IMG/VR virus record: IMGVR_UViG_3300020460_000013 | Location: 1-64,000 of that record | Direction: 5' to 3' (one strand) | Length of the DNA: 64,000 bases | Source of the DNA: a virus | Taxonomy: Duplodnaviria; Caudoviricetes | Shown: positions 10,657 to 20,623 of the stretch, piece by piece | How the letters are laid out: the number at the start of each line of letters is the position of its first letter | Numbering within the stretch: position 1 is the stretch's first letter | The notes under the pieces: model-generated | What the model was told of the DNA's origin: nothing | Seen by the model: only the letters and a program-made list of their open reading frames with translations | The model's database searches: none | Translations under genes and position numbers: made by a program

Positions 10657-11181
10657 CTATCCAGCTGCATCTATTGATCTAATACCATAATAGGTTACCC
10701 CACCATCTGTAGTGAAAAATTGTAAAATATCTGTTTCTCCATTTGCTGGAGTTGTCGGTGTATTTCCACCTTCCCATTTTATGGCACCATTTGTTGTATT
10801 ATCTGCTTGTTTAAAAACATAGGTCACAGTATGAGCACCACCAGCGGTAAGTTTTAACGTAAATCCCTGTGCAGTTCCACTTGCTGGTGGATTGTTTATT
10901 GTGAGTGTAGTAGTACCACTTGTTGTTAAATCAAAAACATTTCCAGTTCTCATATCTAATGTAGGAGTTGTTCCAGATAATGTTTGTTTAGTTTCGTGAT
11001 ATCTTCCAGACTTTATAATTCCAGTAAAATTGTAATCATTTGCAAGATTAACCTCTGAACTACCAACAGCATCAGCTGCAATTTCAGAAGAACCTACTGC
11101 GTTTGTAGCAATCTTTGCAGAAGTAATTGCATCATCATCTATATCTAAAAGCATTGTTGGTGTTTGTCCTATAAATGGCAT
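10657..11181 (-). CDS. Short fibre/adaptor protein (174 aa)
   Basis: MPFIGQTP start, AITSAKIA repeats, shared C-terminal domain. Confidence 0.75.
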   Translation of the reverse strand: MPFIGQTPTMLLDIDDDAITSAKIATNAVGSSEIAADAVGSSEVNLANDYNFTGIIKSGRYHETKQTLSGTTPTLDMRTGNVFDLTTSGTTTLTINNPPASGTAQGFTLKLTAGGAHTVTYVFKQADNTTNGAIKWEGGNTPTTPANGETDILQFFTTDGGVTYYGIRSIDAAG

Positions 11182-11190
11182 TTTACTTTC

Positions 11191-11496
11191 CTAACTAGGT
11201 TTGGTTGGCCAATCTGAAGATTCTAAATTAGGCCAGTTTTTGTGTGTCGGTAAATCTCTTAAAGCTTTTCTATATGTTTTCATATCAGATGACATAGTAA
11301 CATCTGAATTTGCTGTCCAATCAGTTTCTTGTAACAACTGATTTCTTCTATCTCTGTTTGTAATCTCTAATAATGCATTTGTTTCTTCTTCTGAAGGAGA
11401 TTTATGAATATCATAAGTTGTAGTTCCTATAAGATAAGATTTTGCATCATCTTCAATTTCAATTATTTTATTATTATGTATTATAGTTTGAACCAT
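11191..11496 (-). CDS. Tail fibre assembly chaperone-like protein (101 aa)
   Basis: RNQLLQETDW...YRKALRDLP...WPTKP motif of Tfa/APC-type chaperones. Confidence 0.8.
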   Translation of the reverse strand: MVQTIIHNNKIIEIEDDAKSYLIGTTTYDIHKSPSEEETNALLEITNRDRRNQLLQETDWTANSDVTMSSDMKTYRKALRDLPTHKNWPNLESSDWPTKPS

Positions 11497-11497
11497 A

Positions 11498-12442
11498 CTA
11501 ATCTCTCCTTAATATTCTAATATCGCCTGACATATTTTGTGTAGAAAGGAATAATCTTACTTTATCTACATTAGTACCAAGAGTTCCATTAACAGTTAAA
11601 TAAGTTGTTTGAACTGTATAAGTTCCAGCTGCATAATTGTGATACATACCCCACATCGCTGGATGACTAGTTCTAGTTAAGGAGTTATTTGTTGTATTAT
11701 GTTGAAAATACTGCCAAGTTCCATGAACACCATATGGCCCCTCACCACTTGTCGAGTTAAGAGTACCTATTGGATCACTTGTTGGATTTGTAAGTATTCC
11801 TGTGGTACTCGCACCACCTTGTGATCCTTGATATAGAGCAGCCTGTCCACTTCTTCCTATTCTACTATAAATAGTATTAATATTAAAAGTACTGTTATTA
11901 ACATCACTAAATTCACAAGCAAAATAAGTAGCAGAACTAGTAGTAGCATTTGCAGAATATATATCTGCTTCAATTACATATCTTTTATTTGGAACTACAT
12001 CAAAAACTAATTCTGTTGCATTACTTAAAGGATTACCATTTGCTTCTGTAAATTCTGAAACAATTGCCCAATTTTTAAGAACTGATGGCGAGGCCCAAGT
12101 TAATCCCCCAGTATTTCCAGATTGTGCAGTTAAAACATAATCATTTACTGGTGCATTACTTACTTGTAACTTTGCTTCGTTTATTGCTTGATCTGCAATT
12201 TTTCCTTGTTCAACCGCTAAATTATTAATTTTATTTGTAGTAACTGCATCATTAGCTAATTTTGCATCTGTAACTGCACTACCATTTATTTTATCAGTAG
12301 TGATTGCATTATCTACAATTTCAGTAGAATTAACTGCATTGTTTGACAGTTTTGCATTAGTGACAGCATCATCTGCAATTTTATTTGTAGATACTGCATT
12401 ATCTTTTATTAGATTTACTGGTTGTTTTCCTAAGTAAGGCAT
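11498..12442 (-). CDS. Tail fibre protein (314 aa)
   Basis: MPYLGKQP start, 10-aa AVTxxKIAxx repeats, YVLTAQSGNTGGLTW, distinct C-terminal head; followed by a chaperone gene. Confidence 0.75.
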   Translation of the reverse strand: MPYLGKQPVNLIKDNAVSTNKIADDAVTNAKLSNNAVNSTEIVDNAITTDKINGSAVTDAKLANDAVTTNKINNLAVEQGKIADQAINEAKLQVSNAPVNDYVLTAQSGNTGGLTWASPSVLKNWAIVSEFTEANGNPLSNATELVFDVVPNKRYVIEADIYSANATTSSATYFACEFSDVNNSTFNINTIYSRIGRSGQAALYQGSQGGASTTGILTNPTSDPIGTLNSTSGEGPYGVHGTWQYFQHNTTNNSLTRTSHPAMWGMYHNYAAGTYTVQTTYLTVNGTLGTNVDKVRLFLSTQNMSGDIRILRRD

Positions 12443-12451
12443 TTTAATTTC

Positions 12452-12955
12452 CTATGAAAGAGTAGGCCAATCTTCTTCTTTTAAATCAGGCCAATTTTTA
12501 TGTGTCGGTAAATCTCTCAAAGCTTGTCTATAAGTTTTTACTTTATCACTCATAGTTACATCAGATAAACCATAATAATCAGTTTTTTCTAATGTTCTAT
12601 TTCTTCTACTTCTATTTTCAGCTGCAATATTATCAGATTTTGCTTTATTCCAAGCATCATCTTGAGATTTTTTTGTTACTGTTTTTCCATCACCATCTTT
12701 ATATGCTTTATGTCTATCTGCAACTAACCATTTTTTTACCCATTGGTTTTGTTCATTTTTTTCTATTCCATCTTGCACAAGAATTTTTAGATCTGAAGTG
12801 ATAGCAGGAATTTCTCCTTGATGCAATAATTCCCAACCAAAACTTTTCGCAATATCCTCTGATGGAGTTGATGGAAAACTTGTATTTGGATTTGCAGACA
12901 CAATGTCTGACCAACTTCCTACCTTTTTAGTCGTTTCATTGTAATATTCTGACAT
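12452..12955 (-). CDS. Tail fibre assembly chaperone-like protein (167 aa)
   Basis: NPNTSFP N-terminal motif and RNRTLEKTDY...YRQALRDLP...WP C-terminus. Confidence 0.8.
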   Translation of the reverse strand: MSEYYNETTKKVGSWSDIVSANPNTSFPSTPSEDIAKSFGWELLHQGEIPAITSDLKILVQDGIEKNEQNQWVKKWLVADRHKAYKDGDGKTVTKKSQDDAWNKAKSDNIAAENRSRRNRTLEKTDYYGLSDVTMSDKVKTYRQALRDLPTHKNWPDLKEEDWPTLS

Positions 12956-12979
12956 TTTTAATTTCTCCTAATTTTATTC

Positions 12980-12987
12980 TATTTATA
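12980..12987 (-). promoter_or_regulatory. Late promoter TATAAATA
   Basis: Exact motif at the end of the upstream gene, 25 nt before the next ATG. Confidence 0.65.
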
Positions 12988-15900
12988 CTGCATCCCATTC
13001 CATTCTGGATTGAGGCATATTTCCACAAACAGTTCTTACGTGTCTAGTATGTCCAGATAAAGTATTATTTGCTTGTGAAGTGTAAAGACCACCACTCCAA
13101 GTGACACTTGAATAGTTTGAATTAAAAACAACTTGTAAAATTCTAAACTGAAGAGTTGATGCACTTGGATCTTCATAGTCCAGTATGGCCCATATTTTTC
13201 CAGTAGAAGTTACAATCATTTGTTTTATCTGTCTACCATTTGGATTTAAACTAGATGGTGCAACAAAAGGTTCTCCACCTAATAGTGGTGGTGAATTACC
13301 ATTCGTGTTTATTATTTGTCTTGTTCCTAAATTAATTGTAAGAAATCCAGCATTATTATATCCACTATCTTGTTTTGGTATACAGAGTATTCCGCCTGGA
13401 GCAAGACACGCAGCCCAATCTGCGTTTTCACATCCTTCTGCTGTTCCTATTTTTGTATTTTGTCCGTTAATAACATTATTACTAGATGCAACAGCAGACT
13501 CACATTGACTAACATAGTGAGTTATATTATTTGAATTAGAATTTTCTCTTATGTGTGATGGCTCAGGCATATAAACATAAGTTCCTTCATTATATGTCGT
13601 TACACCATGAAATGCACCTTTATAATACCAAACACATTTTAAACCCTCTTCATTATTTGCACCACCAGAACTTGTTTGTTTTAAATTTAATTCTGCATGA
13701 TATAGACTATAAAATTGTGGATAACCACCAGATCCATAAGTACTATTACCTTGCAATGCATGAGGCCAATGTCTTAAATTTACATCTCCATAAAAAGGAG
13801 TTGTGCTAGATTGCCTTAAATCTTTAGGTAAAGCACCAAATCTATTTGTTCCCTTAGACCAACTACCATTACTACTTGTCACAGGAGAGTTCATTAAAGA
13901 TGTATTTACTGTAAATTGAGTTGCATCTAATTCTGATCCAGAAAAATACATTTGAGGGCCTTTCATTCCAGCAAAAGGAGAACTATTATCACTGTGTGTA
14001 TCTGGACTATAGTGAGCTGGATAATTATTGCCTGGTGCATATGAATACTCGTTACCAATAGCTGTTTTACCATTTTGAGTAATGTTTCTCGCTTCTCCAG
14101 CAACAAATCCATTTCTTTCATGTCCATTTGGATTATCTGATGTTGCAGAATTTTTTATATCATTAAACATAGTAGTTATAGTTGATCCATTAGTATTTGT
14201 ATGAACTTGACCTAATTTTCCATAGGTTCTTCCACCATGACCAGTATTATAATCTGCTCTCACAGTAGAATTACTACCACCTGGCCATCTATATCCACGA
14301 CTTCCTTGATAACCAGCAATTGGTGTATTATATGAATCAGATACTGCAACAGCAGTTATACAAGAGTAACCAGCCCAACCAGTTGAGTCCGCTCCTGCCT
14401 CTCTAGAATAATCTCTTCTTGCAACTGCAAAAACACTACATCTTTTATTATCAAACATTAAGTTTACGTGATTCCAGTAATGAGGATAACCACTACCATT
14501 TACATAATAAGATCTTCCAGATATTGAATCTTGATTAGTACCAGGCGAACCACCAAAATTTGTTATTAAATTAATCCAATAAAGTTCTGAATAATTTTCT
14601 TGGTTGTTATCATTATGTCTACTCACACCTTGATTTGCCCAAGAACCACTATATCCTATTTGAAGTTTATCTCCAGCAGTACCTGTATAAAATCTTACAA
14701 GAGCATAATCCAAGTTAGATCCTGAATGTTGGTTTTGTCTGGCAGTAAGTGCAAGATATACTCTTCCATCATCACCAAAAATCATATCAAAAGTTTTATA
14801 TCGTTCATTTTCTGGAACGGCATCATTATTTGTTGCACTGGCATTTTCACCACCAGCATCAAAAGATAAGTAACCACCAGATTGTTGAACATGATTATCA
14901 TGTATGATCTGTGTTAAACTATTACCATTTGAATCACTACTTGGATTATTAGCAAAATTTATAGATGTCACATTAGTTCTAGTGTTTGGGTTAATAGCAT
15001 ATATGGTTTCATTTTCTCTAAGATAAATTATATCAGTAGGTACATCTTTTATAAAATTTCTACCATAATCTAACCATCTTGTTCTTGCAATAGAGGTAAA
15101 ATCTGCGTGTTGTTGTTTTGGGTTAGGCATATTACCTATTGTTGTTTTAATAATTGGCGCTGCTTGATAACCCTGATCAATTACATAACTATTTCCCCAA
15201 GTTATACTTCTTGCAAAATGATTATTAGGATCAGCTGCACTAATAAAAAGTTCATGTATTCTAAAACCACCATAAGTGTTTCCCATTGTTTGAGGATTTT
15301 CATATCCAGTAATTCCAAACAATCTACCACTTGCAACTTGGACAATTTTTTCTATAGGTTTATCGTTTGGATTTTGTGATTGTGATAGATAACTAGGCCC
15401 AGGCCAAGTATTAAGTGCTGTTCCCCCATTGGGATAATAAAGAGGATTACCACCAGCTCCTCCGCCTTGTATTCCCCCAACTCTATTATCTAAATCCATA
15501 AATCCTACAGTTTTCTCCTGATATCCTCCAGATGGATTTTGTCCACCATTGTAATAGGCAATCAAAAGACCGCCGTTAACAGAACCAGATGTTACAAAAG
15601 ATCGGAGCATATTGTTGCCTGAATAGCGATTATTTGAAAAAGATCCAAGATATTGTGGCCAACCAGTATCCTCTGGACACATCCAGACATTACGATTCAA
15701 ATCAAGTATATAATACATTCCAGGCACATTATTGTTTTTGTTTCCAGGCCTATAAAATACCCTCATAATCCCAAGAGGTTGATTTCCACTGCCTGTAGTA
15801 TTATAATATGTTCCCCACTGATACGCATTAGGAGCATGACCACCTATTATTCCATAGTTATTAGGCGGTAATGATACTCCAGACATATTAGTAAATGGAT

Positions 15901-16927
15901 TTTCTGGTGCAGATAAAGCTGGAAAATAATCACCAAAATTTTGATTTAAGGCAGGCGATGCATTTGTATTTCCACTATATGCTGTACTATAATATATACT
16001 GTTAGGTGAATATGTTCCACCAGCACTTGCTGAATGTGGATAATCAGAATAGTATGGTTCAGATGAATATGCATATCTAAAAGTCAAAGCTTGATCATTA
16101 CTATGGGGCGCGACAGATGCTCCAAATTGATCAGTTCCATTAGTAACAAAGGATGTTGCAAAGTAAGAACTGCTCATTGTTGTCGTAGTATGATCGGTAG
16201 GACTTGTAACCAAATTACCTGTTTTTGCAAAAGGCCCGTAGTTTACACCAGTAGGATTACTAGAACTATTATAAAAACCAGATTTAAATGCATTTACACC
16301 AGTTGATGGCCAAGAAGTAACTCTTAGTGTTTGAGTGGGTGATGAATGAGTTGTAACATTACTACCATAATAAGTACCACTTACTGTAGAATACCCTCCA
16401 ACTGCTATTGAATTTGATGGTGAATGAATACCTATATTATCAATATAAGAGGTCATATTTCCATCATCAGATGGAGCAAATAGATCATAAAAATATCCAG
16501 GCTCACCTGTTAATGTCTTAGAATTAAATTTCATCAAAATAGTAGTAAGTTGATGTCCTTCTATATGATTGTATACTGCATCTCTTAAATTGTGTGTGCT
16601 TGCTAAATTAGTAGAACTACCAATATAATAACTTCCATCTTCATCTAAATATGGATATGACCAATAGGTAGAAACCAACCCAGTTCCATAATTTCCATGA
16701 GATGGAAGAAATATGTTTTGTCCAACACCAGTAGTTTCATTCATAGTATCTGAATAAAAATTAAATGTGTTTTGACCTAATGTCACATTTCCAGTATCAA
16801 CATTGATTGAATTTAATCTTTGTTGACCGCCTGAACTGGATGTGTGACTTGTTTGTGACATATACAATATTTGATCACCAACCACTTGACCAGCAGCTGC
16901 GTTGACCAATTTCATCATATTACTCAT
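12983..16927 (-). CDS. Large putative adhesin, probably two tandem beta-propeller-like units (1314 aa)
   Basis: Shares both N- and C-terminus with the 544-aa protein; the ..SGK/R...GNMP motif occurs twice internally. Confidence 0.6.
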   Translation of the reverse strand: MSNMMKLVNAAAGQVVGDQILYMSQTSHTSSSGGQQRLNSINVDTGNVTLGQNTFNFYSDTMNETTGVGQNIFLPSHGNYGTGLVSTYWSYPYLDEDGSYYIGSSTNLASTHNLRDAVYNHIEGHQLTTILMKFNSKTLTGEPGYFYDLFAPSDDGNMTSYIDNIGIHSPSNSIAVGGYSTVSGTYYGSNVTTHSSPTQTLRVTSWPSTGVNAFKSGFYNSSSNPTGVNYGPFAKTGNLVTSPTDHTTTTMSSSYFATSFVTNGTDQFGASVAPHSNDQALTFRYAYSSEPYYSDYPHSASAGGTYSPNSIYYSTAYSGNTNASPALNQNFGDYFPALSAPENPFTNMSGVSLPPNNYGIIGGHAPNAYQWGTYYNTTGSGNQPLGIMRVFYRPGNKNNNVPGMYYILDLNRNVWMCPEDTGWPQYLGSFSNNRYSGNNMLRSFVTSGSVNGGLLIAYYNGGQNPSGGYQEKTVGFMDLDNRVGGIQGGGAGGNPLYYPNGGTALNTWPGPSYLSQSQNPNDKPIEKIVQVASGRLFGITGYENPQTMGNTYGGFRIHELFISAADPNNHFARSITWGNSYVIDQGYQAAPIIKTTIGNMPNPKQQHADFTSIARTRWLDYGRNFIKDVPTDIIYLRENETIYAINPNTRTNVTSINFANNPSSDSNGNSLTQIIHDNHVQQSGGYLSFDAGGENASATNNDAVPENERYKTFDMIFGDDGRVYLALTARQNQHSGSNLDYALVRFYTGTAGDKLQIGYSGSWANQGVSRHNDNNQENYSELYWINLITNFGGSPGTNQDSISGRSYYVNGSGYPHYWNHVNLMFDNKRCSVFAVARRDYSREAGADSTGWAGYSCITAVAVSDSYNTPIAGYQGSRGYRWPGGSNSTVRADYNTGHGGRTYGKLGQVHTNTNGSTITTMFNDIKNSATSDNPNGHERNGFVAGEARNITQNGKTAIGNEYSYAPGNNYPAHYSPDTHSDNSSPFAGMKGPQMYFSGSELDATQFTVNTSLMNSPVTSSNGSWSKGTNRFGALPKDLRQSSTTPFYGDVNLRHWPHALQGNSTYGSGGYPQFYSLYHAELNLKQTSSGGANNEEGLKCVWYYKGAFHGVTTYNEGTYVYMPEPSHIRENSNSNNITHYVSQCESAVASSNNVINGQNTKIGTAEGCENADWAACLAPGGILCIPKQDSGYNNAGFLTINLGTRQIINTNGNSPPLLGGEPFVAPSSLNPNGRQIKQMIVTSTGKIWAILDYEDPSASTLQFRILQVVFNSNYSSVTWSGGLYTSQANNTLSGHTRHVRTVCGNMPQSRMEWDAV

Positions 16928-16939
16928 AAATAAATTCTC

Positions 16940-17845
16940 CTATGGTGATGCTGGTGCTTTTATATCTTGTCCGACAGTAAACCCATAGATATTACCACCA
17001 CTACCTGTAGCACCACTTTTCATAAAAACAAATTGATCTATAGCACCATTAGTTGATGAAAGAGTTGGTTTTTGTCCATTAGGCCAATGAACATTTGTGG
17101 GATAAACTACTGAATAATTTGATGATCCTTGTATAATAGTTATTGTCCATAAAAAAGTTTCTGTTGTTGAAGTAGGAACATTAGTAAATATAATGTCAGA
17201 ATTTTGAGTAAGTGTTATAGTAAAACTGTTAGCATTTGATAAATTCAAACTAAAATCATTTGTTCCAGATGTATAAGAAACAGATTGATGAACATCAACT
17301 AAAGGTTGATTTATACTTATAGTTGCACTAGATCCTTCTCCTTGCGTATGAGATACACTAATACCAGTACCAGCAGTAACATTTGACATATAATTACCAG
17401 TAGTATGAGTTCCTAATGTTATTGAATCATTTGCTGGTGAATATGCTATGGATGCAGTAGATCCCTCTCCTTGCGTATGTGTTATAGTAAGTCCACTAGA
17501 GCCAGGAGCAGGGATAATATCTAACACATAGTTACCAGTGGTATGTGTTCCTAATGTTATTGAATTATTTACAATTTGATCTGCACCGACAGAATCATTT
17601 GCAAGTTTATCAATAGTTACACAATCATTTGCAAGATCGGCAGTTACAATTGTTCCATCTGCTATTTTAGCAGAAGTAACTGCACTATCTAATATTTTAA
17701 TTGTTGTCACAGCATCAGTTGCAAGTTCATTTACTGTAACTGCATTGTTAGCTATATCATCTGCAACTACAATATCCTGTGCAATCTTTGATGATATAAC
17801 TGCATTATCAGCAATACCACTTGTATTAATTTTTGAAATAGGCAT
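16940..17845 (-). CDS. Fibre/adaptor protein (301 aa)
   Basis: AVTxxKIA repeats, duplicated SITLGTHTTGNY..HTQGEGS unit, shared C-terminal domain. Confidence 0.75.
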   Translation of the reverse strand: MPISKINTSGIADNAVISSKIAQDIVVADDIANNAVTVNELATDAVTTIKILDSAVTSAKIADGTIVTADLANDCVTIDKLANDSVGADQIVNNSITLGTHTTGNYVLDIIPAPGSSGLTITHTQGEGSTASIAYSPANDSITLGTHTTGNYMSNVTAGTGISVSHTQGEGSSATISINQPLVDVHQSVSYTSGTNDFSLNLSNANSFTITLTQNSDIIFTNVPTSTTETFLWTITIIQGSSNYSVVYPTNVHWPNGQKPTLSSTNGAIDQFVFMKSGATGSGGNIYGFTVGQDIKAPASP

Positions 17846-17848
17846 TTA

Positions 17849-18187
17849 CTAAGTCCTCTCCATTACTCCTAAAAATGCATCTATAGCAGTTCCAGTTCCA
17901 GCTTGTACTTTTAATATATCTCCTGCTTCTAATACATATTTTTGTCCACCCAATACTTCTAGTGTAGTATTTGCTGGAATACTTACATTTTCTAAAAGTT
18001 GAATAGTAGCACCAGTTCCAGCTGCAGTTATTTGTACTATTACTGTAACAGCAGAAGTTGTTTTGTTTGCAAGTGCAAGACCAAGAATTATACCAGCATT
18101 ACCAGAACCACTTGGTGCAGTATATAATGAATCGTAAGAACCATTACTTACATTTGATTTCATTGCATTTTTAAATGTGTTTGCCAT
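17849..18187 (-). CDS. Small virion connector protein, MANTFK type (112 aa)
   Basis: Paralogue of 19628..19975 (GQKxVL..D motif). Confidence 0.75.
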   Translation of the reverse strand: MANTFKNAMKSNVSNGSYDSLYTAPSGSGNAGIILGLALANKTTSAVTVIVQITAAGTGATIQLLENVSIPANTTLEVLGGQKYVLEAGDILKVQAGTGTAIDAFLGVMERT

Positions 18188-18201
18188 TTTATTTTCCTAT
18201 T

Positions 18202-18810
18202 TTATCCTAACGCAATTGCCAGAGCCGCAGCTTCATCATCTGGATCAAAGTTTAATTTAGCTCTAGTAACTGACCCATCTGCAACTGTATTTATTACATT
18301 TGTCATAGCAACATCAAGTTGCAATACTTGAATATTATTCGTTCCAGCTGGTGGAGCACTTGTAAATGTAATAGTAGAACCACTTACTGTATATGCATAT
18401 GAAGATCCATATCTTTGATATACATTATTAACAAAAACCATAAATCTACTTGCAGATGGAGTTCCTATCGGAGTTTTAGTTAAAGTAAACGCAGTTGTTG
18501 ATCCATTACCATTAAACTCATCTATGTGTGGTGTTATTTCTGGTTGTGTTAATAATTGTTTACCCATATAAACAATAAAAATTCTATGACTATTTCCAGG
18601 CGCAGATGTAAAAGTAATACTTGATACACCACCAGCTGAACCAACTGAGTAACCTACATCTGGTTCTAATATAACTCCATTTACACTTACTAATAGAGAA
18701 GCTGCAGAATTTACAACATGATCTAAACTATATTGTGTTGTAGTTCCATTACCAGTAAAAAACTGTTTTTCAAATGCACCATAGGAAGGTTGTGATCCGA
18801 TATATGACAT
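18202..18810 (-). CDS. Virion protein with two FxGxGxTT domains (202 aa)
   Basis: MSYIGSQP start, two GNGxTT..L..V.VN.V....Y....ITFTSAP domains, ends ALAIALG. Confidence 0.75.
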   Translation of the reverse strand: MSYIGSQPSYGAFEKQFFTGNGTTTQYSLDHVVNSAASLLVSVNGVILEPDVGYSVGSAGGVSSITFTSAPGNSHRIFIVYMGKQLLTQPEITPHIDEFNGNGSTTAFTLTKTPIGTPSASRFMVFVNNVYQRYGSSYAYTVSGSTITFTSAPPAGTNNIQVLQLDVAMTNVINTVADGSVTRAKLNFDPDDEAAALAIALG

Positions 18811-18824
18811 TAAATTCTACCTCA

Positions 18825-19628
18825 CTATAATTGATATCTTACTAATATTACTGCACTATTAGCTGGTGCAGAAGTAAAGGTTAATACATTACCGCTAATT
18901 GCATAATCCGTAGTTGGTCGCATCAAACTACCATTAACAAAAACAAAAGCACTATTTGTTGGAATACCAAAATTAGATAACGTAAAAGTAGTATCACTTC
19001 CATCTCCAGTAAAAGTATCTAACTGAAAATCTGTTGATCTGCGAACAATTGAACGAACTGCAAGATGTTTAATTTCTATCTCTGCATTATTATCTGGAGC
19101 TCCAGTAAATGTTAATGTATTTCCAGAAAGAGTAAAGTTCGTTGTTACTTTTTGTAAGATACCATCAACAAATACTAAAATTGAATTTACATTTGGTGGC
19201 GTTTCTGAAAGAGTATATGCAGTTGTTGAACCATCTCCTGTAAATGTATCTGTAGTAAAAGATGTTAAGTTAGGTGCAAGTTCATTTGAACCTACAGAAC
19301 CAGTTGGTGGCTTCATTGAAAATCCACCTATTCCTCTATGAATAACATAAATTGATGCAGTAACAGGAACACTACCTTGAAAATTTAATATTTTTGGTTC
19401 ACTAGATGCATTTGTTCTAATAACATATGCAACATCTGGTTGTTGAATAACATTATCCAAAACAACCATAAGATTTTCTGGATTAGCGCCAGGAACTTCA
19501 TTAGATAGTTCATATGAATTTGCATGACCATTTATCGTAGAAAGATTTGATCCATTAAAATCCTCTTTTATAAAGTTTGGTGAAACTCTATTTACAAATG
19601 GAACTCCAATGTAAGAACTATCTGACAT
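18825..19628 (-). CDS. Virion protein with three FxGxGxTT domains (267 aa)
   Basis: Repeated FTGDGS..L..LVFVDG....LTFT.AP domains. Confidence 0.75.
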   Translation of the reverse strand: MSDSSYIGVPFVNRVSPNFIKEDFNGSNLSTINGHANSYELSNEVPGANPENLMVVLDNVIQQPDVAYVIRTNASSEPKILNFQGSVPVTASIYVIHRGIGGFSMKPPTGSVGSNELAPNLTSFTTDTFTGDGSTTAYTLSETPPNVNSILVFVDGILQKVTTNFTLSGNTLTFTGAPDNNAEIEIKHLAVRSIVRRSTDFQLDTFTGDGSDTTFTLSNFGIPTNSAFVFVNGSLMRPTTDYAISGNVLTFTSAPANSAVILVRYQL

Positions 19629-19975
19629 TATGAAACGCCCTCTAGAATTGATGCAACTACATCTACTGTATTGGCTGTCGCATAAACTTGTATTTTATCA
19701 TCTGCGTTTAAGACTATCTTTTGTCCAGAAACAACTTTTAATGTTGATCCTACTGGTACTGGTGCGCCTTTTATAACATGATATGAAGTTGATGCTGAAT
19801 TATCTCTTATAAGAACTGTAACATTAACTGCACTATTACCTGTATTTGCAATATCAAGTTCTACTAAGATAGAATTAACACCACTACCACTTACAGATGA
19901 AGTATACACATCAGTAGGAGATCCACTATTAATACTTACGTTTGTTGCAAAAGCGTTTTTAAAATTATTTGCCAT
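19628..19975 (-). CDS. Small virion connector protein, MANNFK type (115 aa)
   Basis: Paralogue of 17849..18187. Confidence 0.75.
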   Translation of the reverse strand: MANNFKNAFATNVSINSGSPTDVYTSSVSGSGVNSILVELDIANTGNSAVNVTVLIRDNSASTSYHVIKGAPVPVGSTLKVVSGQKIVLNADDKIQVYATANTVDVVASILEGVS

Positions 19976-19996
19976 AGTCTTTCGTTCCTTTTATCC

Positions 19997-20004
19997 TATT
20001 TATA
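19997..20004 (-). promoter_or_regulatory. Late promoter TATAAATA
   Basis: Exact intergenic motif. Confidence 0.7.
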
Positions 20005-20008
20005 TTCA

Positions 20009-20398
20009 CTAACCAAGTGCAACCGCCATTGCAATTGCAAATCCTTGATCTGCAACACCAGCACCACTTATGTTTCCATTTACTGTTAAATCACCACTTA
20101 TTGTTACATTATTAGGAAGTCCTATTGTTAAAGTATCAGTTGCAGAAACAGTTGCTTCTATTTCATTTGCAGTTCCATTTATTGTCAAGGTATTACCAGC
20201 TTGAAGTGCTTGTGTGTTTGACCCATCTGAAAGAGTAATTCCAGAATTTAGTTGTGTTAATGCCTCAATAATATCTGTAGGATTATTACCACCTACATTT
20301 GGAAGATTACCAATATCACCTACATCAGTTGCAAGTTGATTAAATTCTACTCTCCACTCTTCAAAGGTAAACGAGGCTGGTGCGTTACGATCTGCCAT
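20009..20398 (-). CDS. Fibre anchor protein (129 aa)
   Basis: TFEEWRVEFN N-terminal anchor motif; ends AIAMAVALG. Confidence 0.7.
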   Translation of the reverse strand: MADRNAPASFTFEEWRVEFNQLATDVGDIGNLPNVGGNNPTDIIEALTQLNSGITLSDGSNTQALQAGNTLTINGTANEIEATVSATDTLTIGLPNNVTISGDLTVNGNISGAGVADQGFAIAMAVALG

Positions 20399-20622
20399 TA
20401 TTCTCTATCCACTAGTTTTAATATGAGAGATTTGATTTCATGCATTTCACTTTTTAATGTATTAATTTCTCTTACTGCATCTCTCAGTTGATCTTTTTCC
20501 ATTTTCTTTTTCTTCATAGTTTCCATGTATGTATGATATGATGAACGACTTGTATTAATGATTGCACCACTAGATGTTTCTCTTACAAGTTCTCCATATC
20601 CTTCTACTTTAATTTTATCCAT
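20398..20622 (-). CDS. Conserved small protein of T4-like marine phages (74 aa)
   Basis: KVEG..LVR...GAIINT plus a coiled-coil C-terminus; directly follows the DUF4815 gene. Confidence 0.75.
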   Translation of the reverse strand: MDKIKVEGYGELVRETSSGAIINTSRSSYHTYMETMKKKKMEKDQLRDAVREINTLKSEMHEIKSLILKLVDRE

Positions 20623-20623
20623 T

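Noticed and set aside
3086-16927. Diversity-generating retroelement acting on the adhesins
   Set aside because: No reverse transcriptase, and no pair of ~100-bp repeats differing only at adenines was seen.
3086-20400. Amber stop-codon reassignment (many genes end in TAG)
   Set aside because: TAG falls at natural protein ends followed by an RBS or start, and long ORFs are intact in the standard code.
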